From an uncultured virus (IMG/VR IMGVR_UViG_3300025853_000072) (Duplodnaviria; Heunggongvirae; Uroviricota; Caudoviricetes; Crassvirales), in IMG/VR virus record IMGVR_UViG_3300025853_000072: 64,000 bases of DNA; one strand, written 5' to 3'. Under the pieces are notes generated by a model. It was given only the letters and a program-made list of their open reading frames with translations. It was not told where the DNA came from and made no database searches. This document shows, piece after piece, positions 59,673 through 64,000 of this stretch. The translations under genes were made by a program, and so were the position numbers. Within the stretch, counting starts at the first letter, position 1. Each line of letters begins with the position of its first letter.

Positions 59673-60267
59673 CGGTCTTGAGTTTCTTGGGGATACGGAA
59701 AGCGTGCATGGTGTAGTCGTCGATGTCGATGAAGGCTTCGTTGCGGTAGTACACAGAGGAGATGAACTCACCCATTTGTGCAAGGTTGTGCAGGGATTGG
59801 TGAGGATTGTCGTCGGTGCTGTTGTCCATCACATCGGAGGAGACACGAGCCACAAGTGACATACACAGGGGGTAGTAGTCCCATGCCACGCAGGAATCCT
59901 GTTGGTCCCACGTCAGCCAGATATGCTCGGTGGTGGAAGAGTTCTCGTATCGTGAGGCATCAACCTCGACGATGCGGAACACCTCGACACTCACGTCATC
60001 CATGTACTCTGCAACGTAGTCGTCGTGGTCCATGTCTGAGGGGACGCAAGCCTTGTAGTTGTCAGGGTCGCGGTCCATGGTGACAAAGGTGTGCATCATG
60101 TCACGGCTGTGTTCGATGTTGACACACATCTCGTCCTTGCGGTAGTCGTCGAGGTTTTGCTTGATGTGCTTGATGGCGGACTCTTCGTCGGGGAAGAACT
60201 CGCAAGTGGTGTCGGAGTAGCCTTCGTACAGGCCGCACACTCCGTGGATTACTGCATAAATTTTCAT
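59665..60267 (-). CDS. Acidic hypothetical early protein
   Basis: 200-aa ORF preceded by the TCAAACTTCAATTCA leader. Confidence 0.75.
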   Translation of the reverse strand: MKIYAVIHGVCGLYEGYSDTTCEFFPDEESAIKHIKQNLDDYRKDEMCVNIEHSRDMMHTFVTMDRDPDNYKACVPSDMDHDDYVAEYMDDVSVEVFRIVEVDASRYENSSTTEHIWLTWDQQDSCVAWDYYPLCMSLVARVSSDVMDNSTDDNPHQSLHNLAQMGEFISSVYYRNEAFIDIDDYTMHAFRIPKKLKTDE

Positions 60268-60310
60268 AGGTAGTGAATTGAAGTTTGAAAATGATTGATA
60301 AGTATTGTCT

Positions 60311-60350
60311 GTATATATACTCTCTTCACTCTGTTCAGAGAGATATATAC
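60311..60350 (-). promoter_or_regulatory. Conserved tandem-GA hairpin, copy A
   Basis: Minus strand GTATATAT-CTCTCTGAAC-AGA-GTGAAGAGAG-TATATATAC. Confidence 0.75.
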
Positions 60351-60360
60351 ATACATACTA

Positions 60361-60412
60361 TAGAAGGGAGGAGGGGACTCGAACACCTCGGACGCACCGA
60401 CTGCGCTCCCTT
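60361..60412 (-). ncRNA. tRNA-like element lacking an anticodon arm
   Basis: Acceptor AAGGGAG/CTCCCTT; D-like arm CGC-AGTCGGT-GCG; T-arm GAGGTG-TTCGAGT-CCCCTC; 3' CTA. Confidence 0.7.
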
Positions 60413-60430
60413 GAAAAAAGTCAGGGTTTG

Positions 60431-60480
60431 GCCTGACGCTTCAGGTAAAAAAGTGAGGGGATAGCCTGACGTTTCAGGTA
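60431..60480. repeat. Two copies of palindrome GCCTGACG(C/T)TTCAGGTA
   Basis: 60431-60447 and 60464-60480; CCTGA-N4-TCAGG. Confidence 0.8.
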
Positions 60481-60506
60481 GTTACCCCCTCGTGGTCAAA
60501 CTTCAA

Positions 60507-60704
60507 TTAACCAAAGTGAGATGCGTGGTACATGATGTCCTCGTCGTGGAGACGGAAGGACGTTGCATTCTGAAGTGCCGAGTCCCATACGCTGTCGATG
60601 TAGACAGCATACTGCTTGGGTTCGCACTCCACTACCGATGCGTTGTACCCATCATCTGTGAGTACGGAAACGCATTTGTCGCAAAGGTCTTGTGTGATTT
60701 TCAT
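60507..60704 (-). CDS. Hypothetical early protein
   Basis: Start MKITQDL, ATGA-coupled. Confidence 0.6.
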   Translation of the reverse strand: MKITQDLCDKCVSVLTDDGYNASVVECEPKQYAVYIDSVWDSALQNATSFRLHDEDIMYHASHFG

Positions 60705-60928
60705 GAGTTTACTGCGATTACATATTTTTCTTTGATAGACCACTTGAGCATCCGTTTCTTCTCCTCTTCGCTCTCCCAATCGAACATCATTGTGGCGTCA
60801 GCGATGTTCCGAATCCATTCAGGGTCGTGGCGTGAAACCACGTTCAAGCGGTCGAGGAACTCGCCGTAGTGAAAGCCGTTCAGGTACAGCACGGCGGAGC
60901 CGATGGTGGGGAAGTTTGATTCAGTCAT
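60701..60928 (-). CDS. Hypothetical early protein
   Basis: 75-aa ORF after the leader motif. Confidence 0.65.
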   Translation of the reverse strand: MTESNFPTIGSAVLYLNGFHYGEFLDRLNVVSRHDPEWIRNIADATMMFDWESEEEKKRMLKWSIKEKYVIAVNS

Positions 60929-60954
60929 GGGTTTGAAGTTTGAAGTTTGACATT

Positions 60955-61010
60955 GAGAGGGTTGTATATTACCTTCTTCATAAATTCAGAAGGTATATAT
61001 ACTACCTCTC
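60955..61010 (-). promoter_or_regulatory. Conserved tandem-GA hairpin, copy B
   Basis: Minus strand GAGAGG..GTATATATA-CCTTCTGAA-TTTA-TGAAGAAGG-TAATATAC..CCTCTC. Confidence 0.75.
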
Positions 61011-61012
61011 TA

Positions 61013-61198
61013 TTAAGGTTGGTCGGTGGTGCCGATGCCGAAGTAAGAGAGGTCGAGCCATGTGTCCTCGTTGTACGCCTCGGCAACCATTGAGGTTGCT
61101 TCGTAGTCGCGGCACTCGGAGTAGTAGGCGTACGCCTCGATGAGTTCGTCGTGACAAAGGTCACGGAATGGGTTGAAGTATTCGTTGAAGTTTGACAT
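61013..61198 (-). CDS. Small acidic early protein
   Basis: 61-aa ORF. Confidence 0.6.
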   Translation of the reverse strand: MSNFNEYFNPFRDLCHDELIEAYAYYSECRDYEATSMVAEAYNEDTWLDLSYFGIGTTDQP

Positions 61199-61204
61199 GG
61201 TAAA

Positions 61205-61444
61205 TCACTGATTTTGAATGACTTTGAAGGTTTTGTTCCACACGGTCCACCCCGTGTTTGCGAAGTAGTCCTGTGCCGAGCGGATGGCTTCCTCTTTCGT
61301 GAGAGCCTTGATTTTGTGAGGGCCGCGCCAATCATCGCGGTCCCTCCCGTAGTATACGTAGTACTCGAATGTATGAAGTCCTGCCTTTGCTTTCATGGCT
61401 TCGTAGTGTGTTCCCTTCGCAGGGTAGCGTTCCCAAATGTTCAT
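61205..61444 (-). CDS. Hypothetical early protein
   Basis: 79-aa ATGA-coupled ORF. Confidence 0.6.
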   Translation of the reverse strand: MNIWERYPAKGTHYEAMKAKAGLHTFEYYVYYGRDRDDWRGPHKIKALTKEEAIRSAQDYFANTGWTVWNKTFKVIQNQ

Positions 61445-61869
61445 GATGTTTGATTTTCGGTTTGACGTGCAGGCAACTCGACCTTCGTGGTGGCTCCACC
61501 AACAACGAAGTCGGGGTTGCGTACCTCTGACTGCGCTTGGAAGTCGTAGATGGCGATTTCGTTTCGGTGCTTCGCAAGTTCCAAGGCTACGTACTTGCTA
61601 CGAACCACGTCGGAAACCTCGATGAAGGCCATTCCTGCATCCACCCAGCCCCCGATCACCTGTGTGTCTGGGTCGAGCATCTCTGATGCCATGCTTGTCA
61701 TGGCAAGACAGAACTTATTGAACGAAAGGCTGTCGTTTTCAACGACAAGAGAAGGGACTTCGGTGCCGCCTACTGCGTAGCCACGGCCTGTGAAGGTCTT
61801 TTGGTCAGCGTTTACGCTGAAGCCCTCGCCGTCTTGCAGGGCCATGTAAAGAGATTGCAATGATGCCAT
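61441..61869 (-). CDS. Early protein, possible SAM-lyase-like fold
   Basis: Start ATG 61869 (MASLQSLY); IGGWVD...FIEVS...LA...NEIAIYDF. Confidence 0.65.
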   Translation of the reverse strand: MASLQSLYMALQDGEGFSVNADQKTFTGRGYAVGGTEVPSLVVENDSLSFNKFCLAMTSMASEMLDPDTQVIGGWVDAGMAFIEVSDVVRSKYVALELAKHRNEIAIYDFQAQSEVRNPDFVVGGATTKVELPARQTENQTS

Positions 61870-61888
61870 TGTAAATGAATTGAAGTTT

Positions 61889-61941
61889 GATACAGACACC
61901 CCAAAGGGGTGTTTCGCCTACTCAAGGCTCATCAGTGTATC
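61889..61941 (-). ncRNA. Type I hammerhead ribozyme; predicted cleavage between 61895 and 61894
   Basis: GAUACA-CUGAUGA-GCCU(UGAGU)AGGC-GAAA-CACCCC(UUU)GGGGUG-UC|-UGUAUC: complete core and three perfect stems. Confidence 0.93.
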
Positions 61942-61953
61942 TGTGATTGGATA

Positions 61954-62127
61954 TTACATATCCATCAAATCCTCCAGGGTCATCTGCTCAAGGCAAGACA
62001 TCTCATCCCACGTAGCCGTGGCACGGACTGATTCGAAGGAAAGGTGAGAATCGAGGAGTTCAGCAATCAGCTGAGAACGGACATCAGTGAATGTGTTCAT
62101 GATGAATTGAAGTTTGAAGTTTGACAT
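61954..62127 (-). CDS. Small early protein (start 62127 or 62100)
   Basis: ORF ending 12 nt before the ribozyme. Confidence 0.55.
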   Translation of the reverse strand: MSNFKLQFIMNTFTDVRSQLIAELLDSHLSFESVRATATWDEMSCLEQMTLEDLMDM

Positions 62128-62128
62128 T

Positions 62129-62191
62129 GAGAGGTTCTGTATATATACTCTCTTCACTACGTTCAGAGAGGGTATATATACTAGAACTCTC
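62129..62191 (-). promoter_or_regulatory. Conserved tandem-GA hairpin, copy C
   Basis: Minus strand GAGAGTTCT.GTATATATAC.CTCTCTGAAC-GTA-GTGAAGAGA-GTATATATAC-AGAACCTCTC. Confidence 0.8.
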
Positions 62192-62203
62192 TAGTAGTTG
62201 GGA

Positions 62204-62305
62204 TTATTGCCCTCGGCCCCTCAACAAGTTGAGAAAGGCGAGCACACAGAGAACACAGAGTGTTCCGTATACGCAGAGCATGAAGAGTTGGAGAATGATT
62301 GTCAT
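62204..62305 (-). CDS. 33-aa hydrophobic membrane peptide (absent from ORF track)
   Basis: MTIILQLFMLCVYGTLCVLCVLAFLNLLRGRGQ*. Confidence 0.5.
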   Translation of the reverse strand: MTIILQLFMLCVYGTLCVLCVLAFLNLLRGRGQ

Positions 62306-62315
62306 CTTCGATGAA

Positions 62316-62471
62316 TTAGAGTTTTTCCATTGACATTGCTAAAGCAATGAGACCGATTTGAGTCTCGTAGAGACTTGCGTTTTCAGGTATGCTTGAATCA
62401 ATTCCATTGATTTCAAGGATGTTATCGATTTCATCGATAAGACGGAGCACGAAGGAATGTTTGGTATTCAT
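62316..62471 (-). CDS. Small early protein
   Basis: Probable start MNTKHSF. Confidence 0.55.
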   Translation of the reverse strand: MNTKHSFVLRLIDEIDNILEINGIDSSIPENASLYETQIGLIALAMSMEKL

Positions 62472-62481
62472 TTTCAATGAA

Positions 62482-62985
62482 TTAGATGATGAATGGAACG
62501 TCGTCGAAGCCAACTTCGTTGATTGATTGAGGAGTCGAAGACTCCATGTGGATGGCCAAGCAAGCTGTCAGGGCTTCAACCTTGGCTTCCAAAGAAGCCA
62601 ACTTGTCATCCTCTGCCTTCACTTCGGCTTTCTTGGCTGCTCTCTGAGCAGCTCCTGTGTGCTCTGAGACAGCCTTGGCTGACTCAGCAGCTTCCTTAAC
62701 GGAAGCCTTCGGAGCCTTCTTGGAAGGCTTGACTGGCCCAACTTCGTTGGTCTTCATCGAAGCTCTGTCCATTTGGTCTGCCACCTTCTGTGAAGGTGTT
62801 CTCTTCGCCGTCTTACGACGGCCCTTCTTGGCCTTCTTCTTGGTCGGCTTAACCTCTTCGAGGTTATTGACGAAGTCCATAGCTTCTTGCAGAAGCTTCA
62901 GAGCCAGAGCTTTACGCTCTGAAGTAGGACGGAAGGTGGCTTGGTTCACTGCCTTACGGCAGTCTTGGAATTGGAAGTTATTCAT
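62482..62985 (-). CDS. First early gene: Lys/Ala-rich protein with SSB-like acidic tail
   Basis: 167 aa; KKKAKKGRRK; ends GFDDVPFII; preceded by the leader motif. Confidence 0.75.
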   Translation of the reverse strand: MNNFQFQDCRKAVNQATFRPTSERKALALKLLQEAMDFVNNLEEVKPTKKKAKKGRRKTAKRTPSQKVADQMDRASMKTNEVGPVKPSKKAPKASVKEAAESAKAVSEHTGAAQRAAKKAEVKAEDDKLASLEAKVEALTACLAIHMESSTPQSINEVGFDDVPFII

Positions 62986-63667
62986 TGAAAATGAATTTGA
63001 AGTTTGACCTAGAACCGACTTCTCAAGGCTCTAGGAGATAGTAGTAAGGAAGAGAAGTCGTAAGACTCCTCTTCTCTTTCTTACTACATCTCTACTCTGC
63101 CACCATCTTATTCCTTTACGAAGTAAAGTAATAGTTTGACCGAATCCTCGGTAGTGACAGGAAGCCAACAAGTTGGCTATGTGTGCTACTGACGCAGCGC
63201 ACCGCTCCGCCAATGGATTTTGATGTTGACAAAACATTCTCAATAACCCATGGTTATTGCAATTACCAACAGCATCGAGGTTGGTAGTGTCTAGTCAGGT
63301 TGGAGTAATACTCCAAGTTGGAAAGGGAAAGGGGGTGATTGTCAACGCATTATGCCTAGGAACAAGCTGCGTACCCTTTTAGCCAGTTCTCTGTTAAACC
63401 AAAGGTTTAAGCTACAGGTCTAAAGACCTGTCGGTGAGATGGTTAGCGTCAAAAGTTACCCCACAATCTTTGATTGTGTCGAAGGGAGGGGGGTCAGAAA
63501 ACTCGTTTTCTGTGTCGAATTGGCCTCTCGTCAGATACATATAATCCCCACCCTACGTATTTCTCACCCATTTTTCGAGGCGTGCGATCCGCTCGTCAAA
63601 GCGGGAGAGCACGTAACAGTCTCGTTAGGAAGCGGTTAAGGCTATTGATTAAAGTAACAATTCAATC

Positions 63668-63698
63668 TTGACTTTTAAGAATTTCTGTTATACCTTTG
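63668..63698 (+). promoter_or_regulatory. Bacteroidota promoter TTG-N20-TACCTTTG
   Basis: TTG at 63668-63670; -7 element at 63691-63698. Confidence 0.7.
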
Positions 63699-63827
63699 CT
63701 ATTCTATATGGGGTGCTTTGGCGCACCCACACTAAATCAATAAGGATGTATAACTGTTCAATACAGGTTAGCTGTGTCCAGGCGTTAAGAGGCGGTTCTT
63801 GATCATCTGAGGTAAAAACAAAAGCAT

Positions 63828-63835
63828 TATATTTG
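63828..63835 (+). promoter_or_regulatory. -7 promoter TATATTTG, 4 nt before ATG 63840
   Basis: TAnnTTTG match. Confidence 0.75.
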
Positions 63836-63839
63836 CTGC

Positions 63840-64000
63840 ATGGCTAGAAAAGTAGACAAGCGGAGCCGTGCTCTCAGGCGCAACCTGAGGAAGCAGGCCC
63901 GCAAGGGGACACTCTCTGCACGTGAGCAGAAGGATCTTCTTGATCAAGAGGGTCGATTTAGAAAGGCGGCACGCCGTCGACGACCATACACACTTGGTCT
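63840..64000 (+). CDS. 5' part of the junction-spanning protein (MARKVDKRSRALRRNLRK...)
   Basis: In frame with 1..1194 through the terminal repeat. Confidence 0.8.
   Translation, partial: MARKVDKRSRALRRNLRKQARKGTLSAREQKDLLDQEGRFRKAARRRRPYTLG
63903..64000. repeat. Terminal direct repeat, right copy
   Basis: 96/98 identical to 1..98. Confidence 0.95.

Larger units (their letters stand above)
62986..63839. other. ~850-bp non-coding divergent control region, dense in palindromes (possible genome ends or origin)
   Basis: No credible ORF; more than 10 short inverted repeats; separates the two transcription blocks. Confidence 0.75.

Noticed and set aside
61870..61899. GTG start for the 152-aa ORF
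   Set aside because: Lies inside the hammerhead, upstream of the cleavage site; ATG 61869 follows the standard leader
60276..63007. Early-region repeats as a CRISPR array or DGR template
   Set aside because: Irregular spacing with genes between copies; no cas or reverse transcriptase genes; no adenine-specific repeat pair
63031..63671. Three 65-70 aa ORFs in the control region
   Set aside because: Non-ATG starts, atypical composition and overlap with the palindrome array
1..64000. Stop-codon reassignment, introns or inteins as in some crAss-like phages
   Set aside because: Genes tile densely under the standard code; terL, primase and RNR are uninterrupted and of normal length; no suppressor tRNA

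Overview
This window looks like a complete, circularly permuted ~63.9 kb genome of a tailed dsDNA phage (probably short-tailed) infecting Bacteroidota, probably marine Flavobacteriales. Bases 63903-64000 repeat bases 1-98 with two mismatches, and one ORF runs across the junction. The host call rests on recurrent Bacteroidota TAnnTTTG (-7) promoters, a class Id-type ribonucleotide reductase and a T9SS cargo gene. The + strand (63840 round to 48664) carries the endolysin, fibres, GroES-like chaperone, tRNA-Arg(UCU), terminase, portal, scaffold, capsid, tail proteins, a giant polyvalent protein split by a T10 tract, a holin and a four-gene envelope cassette. The - strand (62985 to 48748) carries small presumed early genes, recombination and replication genes, and RNR. 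I recognised no DNA polymerase, RNA polymerase or integrase. The most striking feature is in the early region, whose intergenic spaces contain a canonical type I hammerhead ribozyme, an anticodon-less tRNA-like element inside a ~230-nt closed structure, three conserved tandem-GA hairpins and a repeated TCAAACTTCAA leader. Together these suggest an RNA-punctuated processing system for the early transcript. All product calls come from motif recognition by eye; no searches were run.
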